Shown piece after piece: positions 1 to 8,714 of a stretch of DNA of 64,000 bases. The notes beneath the pieces are model-generated. The model had not been told where the DNA came from. It ran no database searches and saw only the letters and a list, made by a program, of their open reading frames with translations. Where the stretch lies: NCBI GenBank assembly GCA_037443445.1, contig JBBIOJ010000008.1, positions 4,122 through 68,121 of the forward strand, in the 5' to 3' direction. The first letter of the stretch is position 1. Each line of letters opens with the position of its first letter. A program made the position numbers and the translations under genes. The stretch is from Desulfarculaceae bacterium. Lineage in GTDB: Bacteria; Desulfobacterota; Desulfocorpusculales; Desulfocorpusculum.

Positions 1-333
1 CTGGACCTCGCCCTGAGCATGGCCCAGAGGGCAAAGGAAAGGGCTCCAGGGGAGCCTGCAATATCGGACACCCTGGGATGGGCATACCACCTAAAGGGGC
101 TTCCGGCCATGGCCCTTCCCCTGGTGCAGGAGGCCCTGGAGAAGATGCCCGAGAACCCCACGGTTCTCTACCACCTGGGGGCCATTCAGGCCAAACTGGG
201 CCGCCAAGAGGAGGCCAGGCAATCCCTGGAAAAAGCCCTCAAGGCAGGGGAAAAGCAGCCCTTCCCCGAGAAGGGTGATGCGGCCAAGCTCCTGGCCAGC
301 CTGGGCCCCACCCCAGCCGCCGGCAACCAGTAA
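1..333 (+). CDS. TPR-repeat protein, C-terminal part (PrsT-like, associated with EPS/PEP-CTERM loci); 5' end lies outside the window
   Basis: Frame is open from base 1. TPR-like helices DTLGWAYHLKG and PTVLYHLGAIQAKLG...EARQSLEKAL. Adjacent to EPS export genes. Confidence 0.8.
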   Translation: MDLALSMAQRAKERAPGEPAISDTLGWAYHLKGLPAMALPLVQEALEKMPENPTVLYHLGAIQAKLGRQEEARQSLEKALKAGEKQPFPEKGDAAKLLASLGPTPAAGNQ

Positions 334-345
334 CCAGCAACCAGA
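325..345 (+). repeat. Short heptamer tandem repeat (AACCAGN x3)
   Basis: AACCAGT AACCAGC AACCAGA spans the stop codon of the TPR gene. Confidence 0.5.
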
Positions 346-361
346 TTTGGCAACCCTCAAC

Positions 362-1690
362 TCAATACCTTGCGGTGATGCGGAAAAAGGCCCTGTTGTT
401 GGAATACTGGGAGGTTGTGGAACTGGTTTGCTCCAGGTGCTGGAACTCCAGACTGGCGCTTAGCCATCTGAGCAACCGGGCATTCAGGGAGGGTCTCACC
501 TGCCAGGTGGTTCTTTTCCCGCTGGAGGGGAACTCGTACCAACCCAGGGAGGCATCCAAGCCCAAGAACAAATGTCTCAAAAGGTCGTAGTGAAAGCCCA
601 CCCCCACCGCATAGAAGGTCCCAAAGCCCAGGTTCTCGGCATCCCCGTAGCTCTCGGTGTAGCCCCCCCTGAGATAACCCCTGCCCTGGAACCTGGGCCA
701 GCGAACAGTCATGGAAGCCTCCCCTTCCGGCTTCCCGTCTGACTTTCCCTCCTCGGGGACCTGGAAGAAATACCCGGCCCGGATGGCCCCTGAGAGCATG
801 GGGCTGAAAGAGTGCTCGGCCCCCAAGCTGCCCCTGTAGACCATGTAGTTGATGCTTTCTTCCTGGGCGAATACCCTGTTGGAGAAACCCGCCTGCACAT
901 AAACTGTGGTGTGGGGGCTCAGTCTGTGCCTGAGGGCAAGGGTGGCGTCCTGCCCGTCAAAGTCCGAGGATTCCACGAAATGGGCCTTGGTGTAGCTAAG
1001 GTCATAGACCAGGCCGTACTGGGGCACGAACCAGTGCTCCCCCCTGAGGCCTGCTGTGTCGCGGGTGGAGTCCCTGGAGCTTTCCTGGTCGTTTCTGTAA
1101 ATCTCGTTCCGGTAACGCAGGGAGATCCAGTCGTCCCTGCCGTAACGCCACTCCAGCACGGGCTGGAAGCTGTTCCTGATGTACTGGGAGCGGGTGAGGC
1201 GGGTGCCCACCCTGAACTCCGTGGGGCCGGGCACCTCTTCCGGGGGCGGGGGCTCCTCTGGCAGGAGCACCTCCCTGGGCTCGTCGGAAAGGATGAAGTT
1301 ATCCAGCAAGCGCAGAGTGAGATTCCGCACCAGGGCCTGGCGCGCATCCAGGTTGGCCGTGTGACCCAGGAAGTTCAGATCCTTGTTCCTGGCATAGAAG
1401 TTGGCATTTAGATGATAGTCAAAGGCCAGTTGACCGGTCTTGGTGTCCACCAGGAATTGCCCGCCAGGGGAGAAGGTGGTGATGAAGTCGCTTTGGGGGT
1501 CCTGGGAGGAAAGGTTCAGATTGTCGTTGTATTGCTCCTGGAGGGTTGCATCCAGGTGCCACTGGGTGCGAAGCTGGGCATGGGAAATGGAAATCGCCGG
1601 GAAAAGGCAGGCCAGGCCCAGGAAAAGTTTCCATGAGGCTGAAAGCAGCTTTGGGCAAAGCCTTTTCTCTTCCCAGGGGAGGACTCCCAA
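362..1690 (-). CDS. Outer-membrane beta-barrel protein of an EPS export locus
   Basis: Signal-like N-terminus, EQYNDNLNL...SDFITTFSPG motif, alternating beta-strand pattern, C-terminal aromatic residue (ITARY). Start codon uncertain. Confidence 0.8.
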   Translation of the reverse strand: MGVLPWEEKRLCPKLLSASWKLFLGLACLFPAISISHAQLRTQWHLDATLQEQYNDNLNLSSQDPQSDFITTFSPGGQFLVDTKTGQLAFDYHLNANFYARNKDLNFLGHTANLDARQALVRNLTLRLLDNFILSDEPREVLLPEEPPPPEEVPGPTEFRVGTRLTRSQYIRNSFQPVLEWRYGRDDWISLRYRNEIYRNDQESSRDSTRDTAGLRGEHWFVPQYGLVYDLSYTKAHFVESSDFDGQDATLALRHRLSPHTTVYVQAGFSNRVFAQEESINYMVYRGSLGAEHSFSPMLSGAIRAGYFFQVPEEGKSDGKPEGEASMTVRWPRFQGRGYLRGGYTESYGDAENLGFGTFYAVGVGFHYDLLRHLFLGLDASLGWYEFPSSGKRTTWQVRPSLNARLLRWLSASLEFQHLEQTSSTTSQYSNNRAFFRITARY

Positions 1691-1874
1691 TTGCGGATCT
1701 CCCGTGTCTTACCTCCTGGTAGTGCAACTTCCGCCGGAGCATTGTATGATTGAATACCGAGGGATGCAAGCGGAAAAGATGAAAGAACGAGCTATTGTGG
1801 GTATAAGGGTGGGGAAGAACAAGAAGGGAAAGGACTGAACAGGCCGAGAAGACTGCAAAAAGGGGGGGATCGGG

Positions 1875-2462
1875 ATGAAAAGATCCAGGTTGGCTTGGAT
1901 TTTGGGTGGAGCAGTTCTCGCGGCAACAATGGGGGCGGCCCATATGGGCAGCGCCCAGCAAAAACAAGTGGTGCAAGCTTCCGAGGACTACATCATCTCT
2001 GTCCAGGACGTTCTGGACATACATGTCTGGAAAGAACCCGAATTGAGCAGGGAGGTGGTGGTCAGGGAGGACGGCAAAATCTCCATACCCCTTGCCGACG
2101 ACCTCCAGGCCGCAGGCCAGACCCCGGTGGAGTTGAAAAAGGCCATAACCCAGAAGCTCTCTGACTTCCTGGCCGATCCACAGGTCACGGTGATAGTGAA
2201 GGTGCCCAAGAAGTACAAGGTTTTTGTGACAGGGAACGTGACCAAGCCCGGGCAGTACGAGTCACCCCACCCGGTCACGCCGCTTCAGGCTGTGGCCATG
2301 GCAGGGGGGCTCAACGAGTGGGCCTCAAACAAGCTCATAATCCTGAGCACTCAGGGAGGTAAGCCCACAAGAAGGGTGCTAAATTACAAGGATGTTGTCT
2401 CTGGGGAGACCCTGGAGGAGAACAAGCCCTTGAACTCCGGAGACACGGTCATAGTGCCTTGA
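1875..2462 (+). CDS. Polysaccharide export protein (Wza/OPX family, Poly_export + SLBB)
   Basis: YIISVQDVLDIHVWKEPELS...VREDGKISIPL, VTGNVTKPGQY, LNSGDTVIVP. Confidence 0.92.
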   Translation: MKRSRLAWILGGAVLAATMGAAHMGSAQQKQVVQASEDYIISVQDVLDIHVWKEPELSREVVVREDGKISIPLADDLQAAGQTPVELKKAITQKLSDFLADPQVTVIVKVPKKYKVFVTGNVTKPGQYESPHPVTPLQAVAMAGGLNEWASNKLIILSTQGGKPTRRVLNYKDVVSGETLEENKPLNSGDTVIVP

Positions 2463-2490
2463 CAGCCCTGGCACAGGGGGGGAGAAGCCC

Positions 2491-4038
2491 ATGTTGAACC
2501 TGGCTCGAAAACCCAGGCCCGAGGACTATCTGGCCTTTGCCTGGAGAAGAAAGTGGTGGATTCTGGTGCCTTTCGTGATTGTCTCGGGCCTTGGGCTGGC
2601 CGTGGTGTACCATCTTCCAAAGCTCTACAGGTCCACCACCTTGATCATGCTTGTGCCCCAGAGGGTGCCCACCGAGTACATCCGCCCCACCGTGACCACC
2701 ACCGTGGAGGAGCGCCTGCAGAGCATTGCAACCCAGGTGCTGAGCCGCACCAATTTGCAGACCATCATAGAGGAGTTCAACCTCTACCCCAAGATGGCGG
2801 CCAAGTCCTCCAAGGAGGAGGTGCTTGAGTTCATGCGCTCCAACATCGAGATAGAGCTGAAAAGAGGCCAGAAAGGAGGGCCCAGGAAAGAGACTGTGGA
2901 CGCCTTTGAGCTGTCCTTTTCCCACTCGGACCCCAAGACCGCCATGCTGGTCACAAACCGCCTGGCCTCCTTTTTCATAGAGCAGAACCTGAAGCTCAGG
3001 GAACAGCAGGCCGAAAGCACGGCAACGTTCCTGGCTGACCAGCTGAAAAAGGTGGAAGCGGATCTGGCTGCCAGGGAGCAGGAGATAGCCCAGTTCAAGG
3101 TAAAACACATGGGGGTGCTCCCCGAGCAGGTCTCGGCCAACCTGGGCATGCTCCAGCAGCTCCAGATGCAATACCAGAGGCTCAACGACAGCATCCGTTC
3201 GGCCGAGGACAGGAAGGTGCTCTACGTGAACCAGATAGCGGAGTTGAGGAGATTCTCTTCGGCGGCAAGGGCAGAGGAGGCGGGAGCTCAGGAGGACATG
3301 CCCTCCCGGCCGGGCCAGCCCACCACCCTGGAGCAGCTGGAGGCCAACCTGGCTCAACTCAGGGCCAAGTACACGGAAAAGCACCCGGACGTGGTGGCCT
3401 TGAAAAAAAGGGTTGAGGAGGCAAGGCAGGCGGGAACCTCTCAGCCAGAGGGGCAGGCTGGCAGCCAGGCACAGGGCCGCATGCGGCGAAGCGGGGCCGC
3501 AAGGGGCGGGCTGGACCAGACCGAGACCATGATTGCCAATGTGCAGGCCCAGCTGGCAGCAACAGAATCAGAGATCCGCCAGCTCAGGGCAGAAGAGCTG
3601 AAGCTCAAGGCCAGGATCAGGGAGTACGAGGAGCGCATAGAGACAGCCCCCCAGATAGAGCAGATGATGACAGACCTGACCCGGGGCTACGACAACACTA
3701 GAAAGCTCTATGAATCGCTCCTGGCCAAGAAGCTTGAGGCAGAGCAGGCAAAGGCCATGGAGCAGCGCCAACAGGGGGAGCAATTTCGAATCCTGGATCC
3801 TGCCCAGATGCCCTCCAAGCCCTGGAAGCCGGACATGCGCAAGATGATAGTGCTTTGCCTTGTGGCCGGGCTGGGGGCAGGGCTGGGGCTGGCCCTCCTG
3901 GTGGACTACAGGGACCGCTCCTTCAAGGACCCGGAGGATCTGGAGGCCTTTGCCGGGCTCAAGGTGGTGGCCATATTGCCGAGAATAGAGATGAAGGAGG
4001 AGTCAGCACGTACTAGGAAAAAGGCCGGCTCGGCCTGA
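2491..4038 (+). CDS. Polysaccharide chain-length determinant / co-polymerase (Wzz/GumC type)
   Basis: Two TM segments flank a coiled coil. Motifs YTEKHPDV and FRILDPAQMPSKPWKP. Confidence 0.92.
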   Translation: MLNLARKPRPEDYLAFAWRRKWWILVPFVIVSGLGLAVVYHLPKLYRSTTLIMLVPQRVPTEYIRPTVTTTVEERLQSIATQVLSRTNLQTIIEEFNLYPKMAAKSSKEEVLEFMRSNIEIELKRGQKGGPRKETVDAFELSFSHSDPKTAMLVTNRLASFFIEQNLKLREQQAESTATFLADQLKKVEADLAAREQEIAQFKVKHMGVLPEQVSANLGMLQQLQMQYQRLNDSIRSAEDRKVLYVNQIAELRRFSSAARAEEAGAQEDMPSRPGQPTTLEQLEANLAQLRAKYTEKHPDVVALKKRVEEARQAGTSQPEGQAGSQAQGRMRRSGAARGGLDQTETMIANVQAQLAATESEIRQLRAEELKLKARIREYEERIETAPQIEQMMTDLTRGYDNTRKLYESLLAKKLEAEQAKAMEQRQQGEQFRILDPAQMPSKPWKPDMRKMIVLCLVAGLGAGLGLALLVDYRDRSFKDPEDLEAFAGLKVVAILPRIEMKEESARTRKKAGSA

Positions 4039-4046
4039 TGCCTTTC

Positions 4047-4092
4047 AACCAGCAACCAGAAGAAGGTATTGAACCAGCAACCAGCAACCAGC
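4047..4092 (+). repeat. Intergenic heptamer repeats (AACCAGC), 2 + 3 copies
   Basis: AACCAGC AACCAGA at 4047-4060 and (AACCAGC)x3 at 4072-4092. Confidence 0.55.
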
Positions 4093-4108
4093 TCCAGAGG
4101 TTTCCCAA

Positions 4109-5143
4109 ATGTACGAATCCTTCTTCGGTCTTGAGAGAAAGCCCTTTGAGATCACCCCTGACCCGGCCTTCATGTACGCAAGCCCCCAGCACAAGGAGGC
4201 CTTGGCAAGCCTCATCTACGGGGTAAAGGAGAAAAAAGGCCTTATGGTGCTCACCGGGGAGGTGGGCACCGGGAAGACCCTCCTTCTGCGCTGCCTCCTC
4301 CAGATGCTGGGCCCGGACACCAAGACCGCGTACATCATAAACCCCAGGCTCAGCCTCATGGAGTTCTTCCACTCTATGGCCCACGAGTTGGAGCTGGGGG
4401 GGGAATTCCCCACCAAGGCTGCCTTCCTGGAGCGCATCAACGGGTTTCTCCTGGAGACCGCGGCCAAGGGAGGCAGGGCGCTTCTGATAGTGGACGAGGC
4501 CCAGAACCTGGGGCTTCCCATCCTGGAGGAGATAAGGCTCCTGATGAACCTGGAAACTGCCAAGCAGAAGCTTCTCCAGGTGATACTGGCAGGCCAGCCC
4601 GAGCTGCACAAGATCATTGAGTTCAGCTGCATGAGGCAGTTCAAACAAAGGATAAGCCTCAGGGCGCACCTGAACCCTCTCAGCCTGAAGGAGACAGGCC
4701 TTTACATAAGAAGAAGGCTGGAGGTGGCCGGCCTGAAGCAGGGGGAGATCTTCGGGAAGAGGTGCGTGGGTTTGATTCACAACTACAGCTGCGGGATCCC
4801 AAGGCTCATAAACGTGGTTTGCGACAACGCGCTTCTCACGGCCTTTGCCCTTGGGAAAAAGAAGGTGGAGCCTGGGGTTGTGAAGGAGGTCATAGGGGAC
4901 CTGGAGGGAAAGGGGCTCAAGCGAGTGGGAGGGCTCATCTGGCCCAGAGACGAGCGGGACCTGGTACAGGAGTGGACCATGCCCAGAGACCGAGGGAAGG
5001 CCCCGGGGACTGCCAGGTGGGTGTGGGCTGCGGTGGGGCTGGTGGTGGCCCTTGCAGGGGCCCTGGCCATGGTGGGGGGAGGCGCCCAGTGGATTCCCAG
5101 GGTCTGGGCAGGCCTAAAGAGGTTCCTGGATCTGGCAGGGTGA
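4109..5143 (+). CDS. ExeA/GspA-like AAA ATPase (XrtA-system-associated type)
   Basis: MYESFFGLERKPFEITPDP start, Walker A GEVGTGKT, Walker B LIVDEAQNL, GIPRLINVVCD, C-terminal TM helix. Confidence 0.92.
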   Translation: MYESFFGLERKPFEITPDPAFMYASPQHKEALASLIYGVKEKKGLMVLTGEVGTGKTLLLRCLLQMLGPDTKTAYIINPRLSLMEFFHSMAHELELGGEFPTKAAFLERINGFLLETAAKGGRALLIVDEAQNLGLPILEEIRLLMNLETAKQKLLQVILAGQPELHKIIEFSCMRQFKQRISLRAHLNPLSLKETGLYIRRRLEVAGLKQGEIFGKRCVGLIHNYSCGIPRLINVVCDNALLTAFALGKKKVEPGVVKEVIGDLEGKGLKRVGGLIWPRDERDLVQEWTMPRDRGKAPGTARWVWAAVGLVVALAGALAMVGGGAQWIPRVWAGLKRFLDLAG

Positions 5144-5247
5144 GTCTTGCACGAGTCTTGCAACAGGGTGGTCTGGCTCGGAAAGGTTGAAAAGACCCTG
5201 GAGTTGTTTTCCAGGGGGCTTGCAGTGCAAGCAGGAGGTGGAGGGAT

Positions 5248-6123
5248 TTGAGCAAGGTATTCGAGGCATTGAAAAAGGCTGAGAAGGACCAGGGGCTCTT
5301 GGAGCCCGTGCGTTTGGTTTCGGGCCAGGAGGCCCGGGAGGATGGGGGTGATGTGCCCTCGGAGGTGGCAGGCCTTGGTTCGGTGCTGGCCAAGGGCCGG
5401 GAGGAGCCGCCCGCCCGGGTGAGCCCATGGCTCTTGGTCTGCAGCCAGGCACATGGGCACGTGGTGGAGCAGATAAAGCGCTTGAGGACTCATATCCTGC
5501 ATTCAGCGCCGGGTTCGGATGTCCCCAGAGTGATAGTTGTCACAAGCGCCTCTGCAGGGGAGGGGAAGTCTCTTGTCTCGGCCAATCTGGCGGCCAGCAT
5601 AGCCCAAGGCCTGAGAGAGTCGGCCATGCTCGTGGACGCTGACCTCCGCCACGGAAAGCTGCACAGGTTCTTCCATGTGAGACCCTCCCCAGGTCTTTCA
5701 GACTACCTGGCAGGGGATTCAGACCTGGGAGAGGTGGTGCGGGAAACACCAATCCGGAAGCTTTCCCTGGTGACCTGCGGATCCTCAAGGCCAAACCCCA
5801 TAGAGCTCATCTCTTCGGAGCGGATGAGGTCCATGATAGAGCAGGTGCCCTCCCAGAAAGACAAAACCTTCCTGGTCTTGGACACCACCCCAGCCCTTCT
5901 GACAAGCGAACCCAGTATCCTGGCCCGCATGGCAGACGGGGTGGTCTTTGTGGTGCGCCACGACCTGACCCCCAGAAACTGCATCAAAGAAGCCCTGGAA
6001 TACTTCCCCAAGGAAAAGCTCCTGGCCTTGGTGTTCAACGATGTGCCACCCCAGTCCTTGAAGCTTTACGGGCATGCGTACGGATCCTACTACTATTGGG
6101 GCACATACAGGGAAGAAGCATGA
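5248..6123 (+). CDS. CpsD/CapB-family bacterial tyrosine kinase
   Basis: Walker A GEGKS, VDADLR, LDTTP, C-terminal Tyr cluster YGHAYGSYYYW. TTG start after a GGAGG-like RBS. Confidence 0.92.
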   Translation: MSKVFEALKKAEKDQGLLEPVRLVSGQEAREDGGDVPSEVAGLGSVLAKGREEPPARVSPWLLVCSQAHGHVVEQIKRLRTHILHSAPGSDVPRVIVVTSASAGEGKSLVSANLAASIAQGLRESAMLVDADLRHGKLHRFFHVRPSPGLSDYLAGDSDLGEVVRETPIRKLSLVTCGSSRPNPIELISSERMRSMIEQVPSQKDKTFLVLDTTPALLTSEPSILARMADGVVFVVRHDLTPRNCIKEALEYFPKEKLLALVFNDVPPQSLKLYGHAYGSYYYWGTYREEA

Positions 6124-6329
6124 AAGCCGGGATCATTAGCCTGTGCCGGAAGAAATTGGGAATCGGGGGATCCACGTCGAGATTCTTTACACCGACCCGG
6201 ATTGTCCTACGAGCTGGAGCAGATTGGGGGCTTGTGCCCCCGAGCCCCTGGGATGCTTCAAGGGGTTTTGCCGAACGGGGAGGCTCTTTTCAGGTCCGGC
6301 TGCACTACTCCTTCCACATAAAGCAGCAC

Positions 6330-6521
6330 GGGCCGGGGGTGAACCCCGCTCCTACGAGCCCTAACATATTGGAATCAGGAGGTTTGAGGTAGGGGAGGGG
6401 TTTATCCCCTCCCGCAAGGTTTTGGGGTTTTGGTTTTGCCCGGGCATTTCGGGCGGGGGTGAACCCCGCCCTTACGAGACCCATGGACACCGAAATGGGG
6501 GCGGGTGTGGACCCCTGCCTC
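6330..6521. repeat. GTAG-type REP / BIME-like cluster (about 4 REP units)
   Basis: Palindromic units GGGCGGGGGTGAACCCCGCCCCTAC and GTAGGGGAGGGGTTTATCCCCTCCC. Linkers are shared with the cluster at 20834-21145. Confidence 0.8.
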
Positions 6522-6582
6522 GTGGCCCGGCCAATCTAGAAGGGCAGCCCGGCATTCTCCACGAGGGCAGAATCAATCTGGC

Positions 6583-6825
6583 TTAGAGCACCAGGATCAG
6601 GATCCCAGCCCACATGGAGGCGCTCAGAAGCGCCCCCAGGAGGATCCCTTTCATGAATCTGGTTCCTGAGTCCCTGTCCTCCAGAAGTTGGCTAGCGGCT
6701 TGGGAAGGGCCCCCGGGGAGGGCTTCTGCCTGGGGGTTGAAGCCCAAGGGCCCTTGCAGTATTTCATCTCCCAGCCCCTGGCGGGCCTCCTGTGACGAGA
6801 CACTCCATGCGCAATGCTCCATCAC
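6583..6825 (-). CDS. Small protein with a single C-terminal TM helix
   Basis: GGAGG RBS before GTG/ATG, 25 nt downstream of the FN3 gene on the same strand. Hydrophobic C-terminus ILLGALLSASMWAGILILVL. Confidence 0.6.
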   Translation of the reverse strand: MMEHCAWSVSSQEARQGLGDEILQGPLGFNPQAEALPGGPSQAASQLLEDRDSGTRFMKGILLGALLSASMWAGILILVL

Positions 6826-6850
6826 GAACCTCCTATGGGATCATTGCAGC

Positions 6851-7756
6851 TCATTGAATAAGAAAACCTCCCGGAGAAGAGGCCCGGCAGGCCCCGTGGC
6901 TTTCCGAACGAACCACCACTCTGTGGCGTCCGCCTGGCCTGAGTTGCTGGGGCAAGCTCCAGGAGAACTCCCCTGTGTTGGGCACATGGGTGCCTATGAA
7001 ACACAGGCGTCTGGAACCTCGGTGCAGGGACAGGGAAACCGAATCACCGCAGAAGCTGGCCGGGTTCCATCGGATCCAAACCAAATCTCCCCTGGAAAAC
7101 ACGGTCCCTTCCTGGGGAGCCGTGACCAGGGGCTCCAGGATGGAAAAGGTCTTCTGGGATTCATCCATTTCCTGCGGAAGCTGTTTGCCCCGGACCCTGA
7201 GCAAGTAACCCTCCCCAGGGGGGTGTTTCTTTCGCACCCTGAAAAGGAAGGAGCCGTCGTTGGGGGTGGAAGAGCTCAGGGTGATATTTCCAGAGGGGCC
7301 CGCCAGCTCCAGGGAAACACTCGAGGACTCAAAGCCGGCCCACCTGATTTCGTACACACAGCCCCGTGCCCAGGTCACACCCCCGGCTTTGGGGTAAACC
7401 AGTCTGGGCTCTGCGTAGAGATCTGCGAAGACCTCCTGACTGTACCCGCTTTCCAGCCCGTCCAGATTCAAAGCAGTGACAGCAAAGTACCAACGTCCCT
7501 GGGGCAGCTCCAGTGTGTGCTGGCACACCCCGGCGCTGCACTGTCTGGAGCCCACTTCTTCATGGAGGCTGTAAGTTCGAGAGGAGTTGCCGTAGTAAAG
7601 ACGGTAGCTCCTGATGCGCTCCTCAGGGGGGGATTCGTCCCAGGCCAAGGTTACCTGGAGAGCCCTGGCCTGCCCCGTGAGGCAGGAAAAGAAAAGCCAG
7701 ATTAAAGCCAGGCCGTGGGGAATGAAAAGTGTTGTATTTTTGTCGCTACGAGTCAA
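6851..7756 (-). CDS. Secreted protein: FN3-like domain + two Ig-like (Kre9/GPI-anchored-type) domains
   Basis: Signal peptide ending ARA. VTLAWD...YRLYYG...WYFAVTALN..GLESGYS. Two repeats of P.GG..W..G..Y.I.W and NDG/NTG.F.W. Confidence 0.8.
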   Translation of the reverse strand: MTRSDKNTTLFIPHGLALIWLFFSCLTGQARALQVTLAWDESPPEERIRSYRLYYGNSSRTYSLHEEVGSRQCSAGVCQHTLELPQGRWYFAVTALNLDGLESGYSQEVFADLYAEPRLVYPKAGGVTWARGCVYEIRWAGFESSSVSLELAGPSGNITLSSSTPNDGSFLFRVRKKHPPGEGYLLRVRGKQLPQEMDESQKTFSILEPLVTAPQEGTVFSRGDLVWIRWNPASFCGDSVSLSLHRGSRRLCFIGTHVPNTGEFSWSLPQQLRPGGRHRVVVRSESHGACRASSPGGFLIQ

Positions 7757-7870
7757 GAAAATCCCTCTCCAGAAGGATCCGGATCCTGGAAGAACAGAGC
7801 CCCGAGGCCGCAGGCCGAGGATTTGTCGGCTTTTTCCCCCATGGTTTCTTTTTTCTTCTCTTTGGCCTTA

Positions 7871-7885
7871 GCAGGAAAGATGCCA
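7871..7885 (-). promoter_or_regulatory. Putative sigma54 (-24/-12) promoter
   Basis: Minus strand TGGCATCTTTCCTGC has exact GG-N10-GC spacing, about 115 nt upstream of the 7756 gene. Confidence 0.6.
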
Positions 7886-8340
7886 TGGCTTGAACCAATT
7901 CTTGGCCGGGAGGGGAAGGACACAAAGGTTGCGCAGGACTCGGATCTTGGGGCCCGGGGGCCTGGGATCCCAGGAAACCCCGGGGGAAAGCGAGAAAGTG
8001 CATGGGATCCGCGGGTGCCCACGTCCTAGAGAGGGCCATCCTGCACATGATGGCTCCTGGGCCCTTGAGTAATAAATTAAATCTCAAGTTGCTTAGCATC
8101 TACAAGCTCAAATGTCAAGTGAGGAATTGATGCATAACCATTGGATTTTCCAGTTTATGGCTGGATAGGCCCATGTGCCTGGGCCCACCTTGGGAACTGT
8201 AGCCCCCAAGCCCTTTGGGGATTGCCTTGAGGGAGGGGTCTTCTCCCATGTGGCGGAGCCCGGGTCAAGACCCAAACGAATTTGTTTGCACCTGGGCCCC
8301 GGAATGGTTAGAATCGGCCTGGAGGTTTTTGGGGGGAGAA

Positions 8341-8586
8341 ATGCAAGGAGCCGGAGTGGGGATTCCCGGTGAGAGTGTTGCCTTGAGCACGGTGGAAAGA
8401 AGAGTGGCCGAGAGACGTGTTGGGGACAGGAGAAAAGGGGAGAGGAGAGCCCCGGTTGTGGACTACGGGTTTCTTCTCTCTGGGGTGGCCTGCAGGCGTA
8501 GCGGTCAGGACAGGAGGGTGGCAGAGAGACGGCAGGGGGAAAGGAGAAGAGGCACGCAGGGCTACTTGGGGATACCTGCCCAGTAG
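8341..8586 (+). CDS. Small Arg-rich protein with repeated (D/E)RR motifs
   Basis: GGAG RBS before ATG 8341. ERRVAERRVGDRRKGERR...RRSGQDRRVAERRQGERRR. Confidence 0.65.
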   Translation: MQGAGVGIPGESVALSTVERRVAERRVGDRRKGERRAPVVDYGFLLSGVACRRSGQDRRVAERRQGERRRGTQGYLGIPAQ

Positions 8587-8714
8587 CCCTTCAATTCGAA
8601 ACAGGCCCTTTCAGAAGGCTGTTCTGAGTTTTCCTTGCTTGACCCAAGGACAAATTGGGTCAAGGGGACCTGGGCATCTTAGGCCAGAACCCCTTGACCC
8701 CAATTTTTTTCCGG

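Noticed and set aside
6583-6825. Tail-anchored protein as substrate of the GET3-like ATPases
   Set aside because: It lies 40 kb away, and the ATPases are tied to cstA. No sequence evidence links them.
6614-7705. Long antisense or alternative-frame ORFs (e.g. 6614..7705+, 14666..16186+, 16685..17950-, 47724..49091+, 63197..63997-)
   Set aside because: They are shadow ORFs of well-supported genes in high-GC DNA and have no recognisable motifs.
7918-7934. Additional sigma54 site GACACAAAGGTTGC
   Set aside because: The invariant GG at -24 is not in the right register, and no gene start lies close downstream.
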